Part shown: positions 27,100-39,900 of the stretch, piece by piece
How the letters are laid out: each line of letters opens with the position of its first letter
How positions within the stretch are numbered: the stretch's first letter is position 1
The notes under the pieces: model-generated
Told to the model about the DNA's origin: nothing
Database searches by the model: none
Seen by the model: only the letters and a program-made list of their open reading frames with translations
Made by a program: the position numbers and the translations under genes
NCBI GenBank assembly: GCA_964016885.1
Contig: OZ024740.1
Coordinates: forward strand, 40,114,001-40,178,000
Direction of reading: 5' to 3'
Length of the DNA stretch: 64,000 nt
From: Eledone cirrhosa
Taxonomy: Eukaryota

Positions 27100-27285
27100 C
27101 GGACCCAGTCCACACTGTAAAGTGGTCATGTAGGTGTCACGACAAAAAGCACCCAGTACACACTAAATGCAGTTGGCATTAGGAAGGGCATCCAGCTATA
27201 GAAACCAAGCCAAAATCAGTTCTGTATGAGCAAAACAGTCATCTGGCTAGTCTAACCCCATGCTAACGTTGAAAATAGGTGGTGA
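27100..27285 (+). mobile_element. RTE-type LINE/SINE 3'-tail copy
   Basis: Shares gtaggtgtcacgacaaaaa...ttaggaagggcatccagc.tagaaa with 25249-25325. Confidence 0.8.
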
Positions 27286-27368
27286 TATAAAAGTAGCTAC
27301 AGTGCAGTGTATAGAAAAAACAAATATAACATTGCCATGACATACAATAGCTTGAAAATTAAATTACA

Positions 27369-27413
27369 AATAAAGTTTCTAATAATTAGATGGCAAATTT
27401 TTTTTTTTCTTTG

Positions 27414-27447
<34 letters not shown>

Positions 27448-27480
27448 TAAAATTTGCTGATAATAAATTCAATTTTTATT
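27369..27480. terminator. Candidate back-to-back polyadenylation signals for TIMM22 (+) and ROGDI (-)
   Basis: + strand AATAAA at 27369-27374 followed by T11 at 27398-27408; - strand AATAAA at 27480-27475 followed by a T30 tract (A30 on + at 27414-27443). Confidence 0.45.
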
Positions 27481-29104
27481 TATAAATGTATTGCAACAAA
27501 AGATTGGAAAAAAAGTTCCCTTTTCATATATAATTATTACAAAAATGGTCCTTCCAATTCTGTATGAACAATTAAAACAAACTGCATAACAAAAACTGAT
27601 ATTCTGACAGCTACTTTTGAAATGTCTAACTGTAATGCTTGAGACAAAATATTACATGAGGCAGTGATTCAATTTTCATACTTTCTATAAAATAATACAA
27701 AAAATAAACATCTAAAATGTGATTTGGAATCATGGAAAACAACTATTATACAAGTTTAGTTATATAGAACTTTGGTTTTATTTTTAAAAATTAATTTGCA
27801 CTCATAGTAAACTCTAACCTCAATATAAGTTTAATAGTTATCCTAACTATTAAATATGGCATCATTGTTTTATTGTAAAAGCTATCCCCTCCCAATAATT
27901 GGTTACCATTTAAATTGACTTTTACAACATACTCTTTAACTGAGTTTAGTTAAAGCATATTTCTTGTTTTATGAAAGATTCAATGTTCAAATTGCCAAAA
28001 TAATATATCACAGTCTACCAGCATGCCAAAATGTCACTTTTCTTAGTGACTATTTTATTATTTGTATCACAACCCTAAAGTATAAAATTTCACCTATAAA
28101 TTACCTGCAATTTGACAATTTCAGTATTTTTTTTCTATAGAAACAACTACCAGACATCTAGACATTTTATTTCCACAATATATAGGATGTTGTCTCGATC
28201 AAAAGAAAAGTCAACTGTATTCATCCTATTTACTTATATCATTCCCATTAGAGTTATCAACTAAAGACAATGAAATCTATAGGTCCAATCCATCTGGAGA
28301 GGTGCAGTTTACCACTGTTAGGAATGAGACATTTGTATTTTGTGTTGACTTACAGCGCTGAATTAAAATTTTAGGAAGGACAGAACTAATAATTTAGTTA
28401 TACTTTCAAAAGACAATATTGATTGCTGTTCTTTCAAAAATAATTTTTTCTATAACATATGTTCATATTTAATTCCACATCTGGCTGGTTGTCAGTCTTA
28501 TGCAGTAAATTGATATTCATTTATAATTTGAAACAATACTGATGAAATAAATGAGGACCTGATGCTGACTTGTTTAAAGTGATATGTTATACAGCCATCA
28601 CAGAGCTCAGATAAAATTAATCAAAAACCTCACTAAATATATCATATACCATCCAGATTTAATAATAAATTAACTGATATGCATGATTATTAATAAAACA
28701 TTACAGAATACATTTAGAAAGTAGTTGAATTTTATGGGAAGAAAATTATTTCACCTACTCTAGGAAATATATTACTATGAGTGTCAATCAGAATTTGCTA
28801 TTAATTATATTTTAGTCATTTTGTTAATTAAAGACAAAATATAACTTTGATAGCAATAAATGTGTTTTGGTCAAAGTTTTATGAGTAATACTATTGATTA
28901 TTATAACAATTATGTACAATTTATTTGGTAATATTTTATAACTTTAAATTATAGATGCAATTACAGTAATAACACATGTGAAAGTTTGAATTTATTAATT
29001 CATATGTTCAATTAGGAATAGCATCTAAATAGAAAAATCAAACTCGTTGTTACTCATAATTTACATAATATGCTTTTGTGCTTTAAAATGAAAAATAATA
29101 TAAG

Positions 29105-29328
29105 TTGCCCAACCTGCTCAATGTACCAACCATATTCCTGTTGACAACCTCTCTACAACCAGCTAAAGTAGGAACCACATGTTTTGGACAGCATGTCCAT
29201 AATAAAGACAGGAAACTAATCAGAGTTGGAACATTAATTTAACAATTCTTTGATTAGATACCACGGAGCCATTGGGTTTTGCTCAAGTCGAGCTGACTGG
29301 ACTACTCAACAACAACAACAACAACAAT
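29105..29328 (+). mobile_element. Probable SINE remnant with (CAA)n tail
   Basis: Higher-GC patch in AT-rich DNA, ending in (CAA)7 at ~29306-29327. Confidence 0.4.
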
Positions 29329-29972
29329 TATTAAATAATGAATTGTGTGCCAAGTCTTTGTCTTTCATGAAGTTATCTCAAATTATTTTTCTAGCAAAGG
29401 AAACTTTCTTCATTGACTTGATTATATAAATAAGGTTTCATAAAATATTGACTTTATACAATTAAAATGAAACAAGTGCAGTTATTGTTCAATATTTGGT
29501 AACACAGTATTCATTTTATTTTATGAGTGACACTGAATATATCAATATATCCACAAACATATATATATACACATGCACACAATATATTCAACAACATTGT
29601 GTGTGTGTGTGTATATGTATGAATATATTCAGCAATCTTTTAAATGACATTTAAATTTCAATAAAATGAAGGCATTAGATTTAATAATTATTATTACATT
29701 ACAAACATGGCTTCATCAAGTGATGTTAAAAAAATTTGCGGCTTTTGGTTTTCAGTGTCTATGTCTACTGTAGATTAGAAGTGACTAAAACACTACTAAT
29801 TTGCTGACTCATAGATTATGTAGTGGTCATTGGATGAGATCAGTTCATTTATATCAATAAATATCTGTTTGGAATGATCACTGGGAAACACAATGTAAAA
29901 ATTATTTCATGTGGAATGCATAGGCCGACTGCATGAGGAGAGTTTTCATTAGGACTCTCCATTGTCGTATTA

Positions 29973-30029
29973 TCAAGATTTTACATTTATAAAGTGAGAA
30001 GTTTCTTCAAAATATTGCAGTGATTGAAT
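29973..30029 (-). CDS. ROGDI: Rogdi, probable final coding exon
   Basis: Minus-strand acceptor tttttctattcttacag|; IQSLQYFEETSHFINVKS*. Phase 0 continues KDK|I as in the ROGDI 'KDKISVF' motif. Confidence 0.75.
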   Translation of the reverse strand: MQSLQYFEETSHFINVKS

Positions 30030-30344
30030 CTGTAAGAATAGAAAAATTACACTGTACTATTTATAAAATATTTATACATGCTGCTAATGATGATATTTAA
30101 ATAATAAAATTCTAAGAAGGTAAGGTAATATTTTCTTGGCAACATCAAATTCTAATTCAAGAAAATAGATGTGGATGTTATAATAATCATACATACACAG
30201 TCCAACATTTGCTAGCAGGGGAAGTGGATATTAAACAATGATGACATTGGCTATTCTATAGTAATATTCAATAGTATTAAATCAAAAATATTGATACATT
30301 TTCTGCTGCATTAATACAGAAATCATGCTCACAAATGGTTCCAT

Positions 30345-30515
30345 TTGTACTATTGAACTATTCCATTATAGTACATGGGGTAGTCACTTGTATTATAGGA
30401 CTATTCCATTATAATATATGTGTGAATCACTTGTACTATTAGACTATTCCATTATAGTACTATCAGTAACCATGGGATAACCACCTGTACTCTAGGACTA
30501 TTCCTTATAATATGT
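30345..30515. repeat. 43-bp minisatellite (~4 diverged copies)
   Basis: ttccattata recurs at 30361, 30404 and 30447. Confidence 0.8.
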
Positions 30516-31104
30516 GTTGATAATAGTGTTCCCTTTAACCACCCGTACAATTATACTATATGAAGTAACAGAGCTCACTTGAACTACTGTTAATAGTACA
30601 TTTGTTAATAATAAAGCTGTCTTGAATCAGTATTCAATCAACTGAATTAATTTTCCCCACAATTTCCTTTTACTATCTGACTAACCTGCTCACTGTTAGA
30701 AATTATACAAATTCCTATATTGATGGTATTATTATTTACTGCATTCTCTCAACACTTCTCACTTCACATGCACAACTTTCATCAGTAGAATCCTTGAAAA
30801 CATATTGGAATTGGCATTTAACATCAATTTCCCATGCTTGCATGGCTAGACAAGTCAGGCGACCATGACTTGCTCATATGTTCCATTTTTGGTTTGCTCT
30901 ATAGCTGGATGCTTTTCCTATCTAGTCTCATTTACGAAGGCCAAGACAGATCCTACACAAACCCTTCTCATAAACAACACACAGTTAAAAGATTCACATT
31001 CTTTACATCTCTAATGACTTTTAATGACAAGTACTCTGGTGTATTAGAATATACTCAGGTGTAACCTTAAAAGTTATTCAGGTGTAAGAAGATATTTCAG
31101 TTTT

Positions 31105-31320
31105 GAAGAATTGCTGAAATTGCAAGTCATAAGTATGCTTTACATTACAGTAGTTATCTGGGAATTACTTTAAAATACCAACATTTAATGATGTGTGGAT
31201 TGCTGAGCTTGCAAGGCACATGTATGCCTTACACTACACTAGTTATCATATATCTAGGAATTACTTTAAAATACTCACATATCTGGGAATTTCTTTAAAA
31301 TAGCAACATTTTAAGAGGTG
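31105..31320. repeat. Degenerate tandem duplication (~90-bp unit with partial extra copy)
   Basis: attgctga..ttgcaag..tatgc.ttaca.taca.tagttatc occurs twice; ggaatt.ctttaaaata occurs three times. Confidence 0.65.
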
Positions 31321-31468
31321 TGAAAAAATATTGCTTAATTCCTGCCATATAAACATATATCAATTCCATGGTAAGAGACGATTTTACAGAATACAAATAT
31401 ATCAAGAATATATATATCCCCAGAGATGATAAATCTAACTATTTACTACAACAGTTTTAATGAGTTAA

Positions 31469-31676
31469 CCCTTTAGCATTTACACTACTCTATATTTACT
31501 ATTGTATTTTCATAGTAAACACTTTATTTCACATGATATCAAATCTATTAGATTTTGATATTATTTATTTGCAGAACAATACCTTAAATTAAGTATGAGG
31601 GGCCGGTTAAGTCCAGTTTGAACAAAAAGACATGAGAGAATTCTGGCTGGATATGGTTGGTTTAAATGCTAAAGGG
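31469..31676. mobile_element. piggyBac-type MITE copy A (208 bp), TTAA target-site duplication
   Basis: TTAA|CCCTTTAGCATTTA ... TAAATGCTAAAGGG|TTAA: perfect 14-bp terminal inverted repeat. Confidence 0.9.
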
Positions 31677-31829
31677 TTAACTAATAACTTGATCCTGAAT
31701 ACATTCATTAACAAGATAATACAGACAAATGTCTCTAGGAAAGATTATTTGTGGTATGCTGTTAAAATATTTCCTAGTACGAAAGAAAATATAATTTCAT
31801 TTTAAATAATAAGAAATGGAAATAGTAAC

Positions 31830-31913
31830 CTTGTCTTTCAATTGCTGTAATTGTTGAATTGCAAGAGTGAACAACATAATAGCTTCATTTAACCATTTCA
31901 CAGTACATTCCAC
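31830..31913 (-). CDS. ROGDI: Rogdi penultimate coding exon (84 nt)
   Basis: Acceptor cttttctattcag|; VECTVKWLNEAIMLFTLAIQQLQQLKDK, compared from memory with human [28 protein letters not shown]; donor AAG|gttact. Not present in the ORF track. Confidence 0.93.
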
Positions 31914-32036
31914 CTGAATAGAAAAGATTAACAGAAAATTATAAGATAGACAAAATGATCGACTTTAGGGTGTTTCATACAGATCATTTCAATATTAAAT
32001 CAAAAATAAGCTGTTCAATTCTATGTACGAGAAAAA

Positions 32037-32770
32037 ACAGCGATTTGCGTTGGACAAAGCATGTCTCTAAGATTGTCAAGAAGGCTGAGGGTATCTTGGC
32101 ATCACTTAACAAGACCTTTGTTAGCCACTCTCCAGCCATCTATTTAAAGCTGTATACAGCTATGGTACGACCACACTTGGAATTCGCATCATCAGTCTGG
32201 AACCCCTATCTTGCTCAGAACATTGACCTCCTGGAAACTGTTCAGAGACGTGCAACCAAGCGCATACCCTCCATCAAACACCTACCATACTCTGAACGCC
32301 TTGCTTCCCTGGGCATGGATTCATTGAAGCTCCGACGTCTGGCAATGGACTTGGTAAACACCCACAAAGTTATTAACCATCTCGCCAACAACAACCCTGA
32401 GCACCTTTTTGATCTCCATGTGTCTAACACACATGGACATGCCTACAAAATCAGAAAACAGCACAGCTCCCATGACTTTCGGAAACATTTTTTCACGCTT
32501 AGAGTTGCTGAAGCATGGAACAAACTGCCTGCGTCAGTTGTTAGCTGCCGAGACACTGCATCCTTTAAAACCCTCATGCTTCCCGAAATTCGCCAAAACT
32601 ACACCTGATGTACCCCTTCCATACACATGCACACGTGTATATCATGACTCATGCACTGTTCATTTACCTGACGTTTGTACATTGCCCTATGTACTATACA
32701 TACACTTTTTGATGAGTTGTAGTGCACCTGAGCACTGTACACAATATTTTCATTTTCATTATTATTTTAT
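32037..32770 (+). mobile_element. 5'-truncated CR1-like LINE (ORF2 C-terminus plus 3' UTR), antisense within a ROGDI intron
   Basis: LYTAMVRPHLEFASSVWNP..LETVQRRATK..YSERL..L..RR..THGH..FFTLRVAEAWNKLP motifs; stop at 32608; cattttcattattatt-type tail. Confidence 0.9.
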
Positions 32771-32825
32771 GATCTACTTAAGATTTGTTGTCTAAAACAT
32801 AGTTTTGAAGAAAGAAGGCACTTAA

Positions 32826-33013
32826 CCCTTTTAGCATTTAAACCGGCCAGAATTATCTCACCTATTTCCGTTCAAACTGGCCACTCATACTGTTGTTACG
32901 GTAGTGTTCTCAAAATAAATAACATCAAAATCTCATAGATTTGATATTATGTACAATAAAGCCTTACCACAAAAATACAATAGTATATATAAAGTAATGT
33001 GAATGCTAAGGGG
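32826..33013. mobile_element. piggyBac-type MITE copy B (188 bp), inverted relative to copy A
   Basis: TTAA|CCCTTTTAGCATTTA ... GAATGCTAAGGGG|TTAA. The interior (tagatttgatat, aaaatacaatagta) is the reverse complement of the copy A interior. Confidence 0.88.
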
Positions 33014-33399
33014 TTAAGTTAGTTAATAGGCTTAGTTACAAAATTATTAAGTGTGGGTGTAGCTTGCATAAATCTTTTGCCAAATTTTAAAGGGGAAAAT
33101 TATAAGGATTAATGATGCAGAATACTAAATTGATGCCTATGAGAATAGAACATCTTTGTTTTGAGTTATGAGATTTTGTTTGATGAGAAGGAAGATAAAT
33201 TTTGTTATGAAAATGTTCTTCAGTGGCAGAAATAAATACATCCAGGTCTTTCTGTGATGAGAACCTACACCTAGCTAAAATATGAGCTTTAAATAATCAA
33301 AGAGACTGATATATATGATTTACATGACAAGTTTCATTAACCCCTTATGGAGCAATACACTGCTGATGTAATAAAGAATTTGAAAGGAACTACTGTATA

Positions 33400-33550
33400 T
33401 ACTTTACAGAGTGGACTGGGTGTATTTTATCAAGGTATCAGTACTACCACTTTACAGGGTAGACTCAATATATTTAATCATGGCACCATGACTACCACTT
33501 TACAGAGTGGACTGGGTGCATTATATCATGGCACCAGAACAACCACTTTT
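33400..33550. repeat. 48-bp minisatellite (3 copies) derived from the antisense RTE/SINE tail
   Basis: actttacag recurs at 33401, 33449 and 33497; the unit matches gactgggtgctttttatcatggcacc at ~25714-25740. Confidence 0.75.
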
Positions 33551-33778
33551 TATCTAAGTTTTGCTTTGCTTTAAGTGTTAAGTAGAAAAGTGTTGAAATA
33601 AAACAAAAGCTTCACTGTTAGAATATAATTAAGATAAACTTCAGCATAAATAAAGAAAACTCTCAAAAGGAAACACACAGATGTTTTCAAACCATTGTAA
33701 TAAATTGATATAATACATCATTATAATACTGAAGCAAAATTTTTCTGATAACAAGAAAAGAAAAACAAATCTATATAC

Positions 33779-33907
33779 CTGGTGTCGTGACAAAACTTCT
33801 ATTTTTTGATTGTTGCGATGTATCTGGTACAGAGCGAGTATCAATTTGGATGTATGGATGTAAAAACTTAAAGCAACAGTATTTGGTACAGCTGGGTGAA
33901 ACACTTG
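33779..33907 (-). CDS. ROGDI: Rogdi internal coding exon (129 nt); upstream exons lie beyond the window
   Basis: Branch-like AACTAAT at 33944-33938, acceptor gatattcag|; QVFHPAVPNTVALSFYIHTSKLILALYQIHRNNQKIEVLSRHQ, compared from memory with human [38 protein letters not shown]; donor CAG|gtatat. Confidence 0.9.
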
Positions 33908-33970
33908 CTGAATATCAAATACAATACAAAAGATCAAATTAGTTCACGAATCATTAAATTGTGAAAGTAA

Positions 33971-36900
33971 AGTTATTGACACATTACAATACAATACACA
34001 GTTATTGACACATTACAATACAATACACAGTTATTGACACATTACAATACAATACACAGTTACTGACACATTACAATACAATACACTGTTATTGACACAT
34101 TACAATACCATACACTGTTACTGACACATTACAATACAATACACAGTTATTGACACATTAGAATACAATACACAGTTATTGACACATTAGAATACAATAC
34201 ACAGTTACTGACACATTACAATACAATACACAGTTATTGACACATTACAATACAATACACAGTTACTGACACATTACAATACAATACACAGTTATTGACA
34301 CATTAGAATACAATACACAGTTATTGACACATTAGAATACAATACACAGTTACTGACACATTACAATACAATACACAGTTACTGACACATTACAATACAA
34401 TACACAGTTATTGACACATTACAATACAATACACAGTTATTGACACATTACAATACCATACACTGTTACTGACACATTAGAATACAATACACAGTTACTG
34501 ACACATTACAATACAATACACAGTTATTGACACATTACAATACAATACACAGTTATTGACACATTAGAATACAATACACAGTTATTGACACATTACAATA
34601 CAATACACAGTTACTGACACATTACAATACAATACACAGTTATTGACACATTACAATACAATACACAGTTATTGACACATTACAATACAATACACAGTTA
34701 CTGACACATTACAATACAATACACAGTTATTGACACATTAGAATACAATACACAGTTATTGACACATTAGAATACAATACACAGTTACTGACACATTAGA
34801 ATACAATACACAGTTATTGACACATTACAATACAATACACAGTTATTGACACATTACAATACAATACACAGTTACTGACACATTACAATACAAGACACAG
34901 TTATTGACACATTACAATACAATACACAGTTATTGACACATTACAATACAATACACAGTTATTGACACATTACAATACAATACACAGTTATTGACACATT
35001 ACAATACAATACACAGTTATTGACACATTACAATACAATACACAGTTATTGACACATTACAATACAATACACAGTTACTGACACATTACAATACAATACA
35101 CAGTTATTGACACATTAGAATACAATACACAGTTATTGACACATTAGAATACAATACACAGTTACTGACACATTAGAATACAATACACAGTTATTGACAC
35201 ATTACAATACACAGTTATTGACACATTACAATACAATACACAGTTACTGACACATTACAATACAATACACAGTTATTGACACATTACAATACAATACACA
35301 GTTATTGACACATTAGAATACAATACACAGTTATTGACACATTAGAATACAATACACAGTTACTGACACATTAGAATACAATACACAGTTACTGACACAT
35401 TAGAATACAATACACAGTTATTGACACATTACAATACAATACACAGTTATTGACACATTACAATACAATACACAGTTACTGACACATTAGAATACAATAC
35501 ACAGTTATTGACACATTACAATACAATACACAGTTATTGACACATTACAATACAATACACTGTTACTGACACATTAGAATACAATACACAGTTATTGACA
35601 CATTACAATACAATACACAGTTATTGAAACATTACAATACAATACACAGTTACTGACACATTACAATACAATACACAGTTATTGACACATTACAATACAA
35701 TACACAGTTATTGACACATTACAATACAATACACAGTTATTGACACATTACAATACAATACACAGTTATTGACACATTACAATACAATACACAGTTACTG
35801 ACACATTAGAATACAATACACAGTTACTGACACATTAGAATACAATACACAGTTACTGACACATTACAATACAATACACAGTTACTGACACATTAGAATA
35901 CAATACACAGTTACTGACACATTAGAATACAATACACAGTTATTGACACATTAGAATACAATACACAGTTACTGACACATTACAATACAATACACAGTTA
36001 CTGACACATTAGAATACACAGTTATTGACACATTACAATACACAGTTACTGACACAATACAATACAATACACAGTTACTGACACATTACAATACAATACA
36101 CAGTTACTGACACATTAGAATACACAGTTATTGACACATTACAATACACAGTTACTGACACAATACAATACAATACACAGTTACTGACACATTACAATAC
36201 AATACACAGTTACTGACACATTAGAATACAATACACAGTTACTGACACATTACAATACAATACACAGTTACTGACACATTAGAATACAATACACAGTTAC
36301 TGACACATTACAATACAATACACAGTTACTGACACATTACAATACAATACACAGTTACTGACACATTAGAATACAATACACAGTTACTGACACATTAGAA
36401 TACACAGTTATTGACACATTAGAATACAATACACAGTTACTGACACATTACAATACAATACACAGTTACTGACACATTAGAATACAATACACAGTTACTG
36501 ACACATTACAATACAATACACAGTTACTGACACATTAGAATACAATACACAGTTACTGACACATTACAATACAATACACAGTTACTGACACATTAGAATA
36601 CAATACACAGTTACTGACACATTACAATACAATACACAGTTACTGACACATTACAATACACAGTTATTGACACATTAGAATACAATACACAGTTACTGAC
36701 ACATTACAATACAATACACAGTTACTGACACATTAGAATACAATACACAGTTACTGACACATTACAATACAATACACAGTTACTGACACATTAGAATACA
36801 ATACACAGTTACTGACACATTACAATACAATACACAGTTACTGACACATTAGAATACAATACACAGTTACTGACACATTACAATACAATACACAGTTACT

Positions 36901-39900
36901 GACACATTACAATACAATACACAGTTACTGACACATTAGAATACAATACACAGTTACTGACACATTAGAATACACAGTTATTGACACATTAGAATACAAT
37001 ACACAGTTACTGACACATTACAATACACAGTTACTGACACATTACAATACAATACACAGTTACTGACACATTACAATACAATACACAGTTACTGACATAT
37101 TACAATACAATACACAGTTACTGACACATTACAATACAATACACAGTTACTGACACATTACAATACAATACACAGTTACTGACACATTAGAATACAATAC
37201 ACAGTTACTGACACATTACAATACAATACACAGTTACTGACACATTACAATACAATACACAGTTACTGACACATTACAATACAATACACAGTTACTGACA
37301 CATTAGAATACAATACACAGTTACTGACACATTAGAATACACAGTTATTGACACATTAGAATACAATACACAGTTACTGACACATTACAATACACAGTTA
37401 CTGACACAATACAATACACAGTTACTGACACATTAGAATACAATACACAGTTACTGACACATTACAATACAATACACAGTTACTGACACATTACAATACA
37501 ATACACAGTTATTGACACATTACAATACAATACACAGTTACTGACACATTACAATACAATACACAGTTATTGACACATTAGAATACAATACACAGTTATT
37601 GACACATTACAATACAATACACAGTTACTGACACATTACAATACAATACACAGTTATTGACACGTTACAATACAATACACAGTTACTGACACATTACAAT
37701 ACAATACACAGTTATTGACACATTACAATACACAGTTATTGACACATGACAATACAATACACAGTTACTGACACATTACAATACAATACACAGTTATTGA
37801 CACATTACAATACAATACACAGTTACTGACACATTAGAATACAATACACAGTTATTGACACATTACAATACAATACACAGTTATTGACACATTACAATAC
37901 AATACACAGTTATTGACACATTACAATACAATACACAGTTATTGACACATTACAATACAATACACAGTTACTGACACATTAGAATACAATACACAGTTAT
38001 TGACACATTACAATACACAGTTATTGACACATTACAATACAATACACAGTTACTGACACATTACAATACAATACACAGTTATTGACACATTACAATACAA
38101 TACACAGTTACTGACACATTAGAATACAATACACAGTTACTGACACATTACAATACACAGTTATTGACACATTACAATACAATACACAGTTACTGACACA
38201 TTACAATACAATACACAGTTACTGACACATTACAATACAATACACAGTTATTGACACATTACAATACAATACACAGTTACTGACACATTAGAATACAATA
38301 CACAGTTATTGACACATTACAATACAATACACAGTTACTGACACATTACAATACAATACACAGTTATTGACACATTACAATACAATACACAGTTATTGAC
38401 ACATTACAATACAATACACAGTTATTGACACATTACAATACAATACACAGTTATTGACACATTACAATACACAGTTATTGACACATGACAATACAATACA
38501 CAGTTACTGACACATTACAATACAATACACAGTTATTGACACATTACAATACAATACACAGTTATTGACACATTACAATACACAGTTACTGACACATTAC
38601 AATACAATACACAGTTATTGACACATTACAATACAATACACAGTTACTGACACATTACAATACAATACACAGTTATTGACACATTACAATACAATACACA
38701 GTTATTGACACATTACAATACACAGTTACTGACACATTACAATACAATACACAGTTATTGACACATTACAATACAATACACAGTTATTGACACATTACAA
38801 TACAATACACAGTTATTGACACATTACAATACACAGTTATTGACACATTACAATACACAGTTACTGACACATTACAATACAATACACAGTTACTGACACA
38901 TTACAATACAATACACAGTTATTGACACATTACAATAAATACACAGCTAGTGACACATTACAATACAATACACAGTTACTGACACATTACAATAAATACA
39001 CAGCTAGTGACACATTACAATACAATACACAGTTACTGACACATTACAATACAATACACAGTTATTGACACATTAGAATACAATACAGTTATTGACACAA
39101 TACAATACACAGTTACTGACACATTACAATACAATACACAGTTATTGACACATTACAATACAATACACAGTTATTGACACATTACAATACAATACACAGT
39201 TATTGACACAATACAATACACAGTTACTGACACATTACAATACAATACACAGTTATTGACACATTAGAATACAATACACAGTTATTGACACATTACAATA
39301 CAATACACAGTTATTGACACAATACAATACACAGTTACTGACACATTACAATACAATACACAGTTACTGACACATTACAATACAATACACAGTTACTGAC
39401 ACATTACAATACAATACACAGTTACTGACACATTACAATACAATACACAGTTATTGACACATTACAATAAATACACAGCTAGTGACACATTACAATACAA
39501 CACACAGTTATTGACACATTACAATACAATACACAGTTATTGACACATTACAATACAATACACAGTTATTGACACAATACAATACAAACACAGTTACTGA
39601 CACATTACAATACACAGTTATTGACACATTAGAATACAATACACAGTTATTGACACATTACAATACGATACACAGTTATTGACACATTACAATACAATAC
39701 ACAGTTATTGACACATTAGAATACAATACACAGTTATTGACACATTACAATACGATACACAGTTATTGATACATTACAATACAACACACAGTTATTGACA
39801 CATTACAATACAATACACAGTTACTGACACATTACAATACAATACACAGTTACTGACACATTACAATACACAGTTATTGACACATTAAAATACAATACAC

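Noticed and set aside
27414-27443. A30 tract as the tail of a processed pseudogene
   Set aside because: TIMM22 retains its introns and no flanking target-site duplication is evident.
30834-33574. ORFs 30834-31064, 32242-32430, 32409-32795 and 33347-33574
   Set aside because: They overlap retroposon remnants, alternative frames of the CR1-like fragment, or the 48-bp minisatellite.
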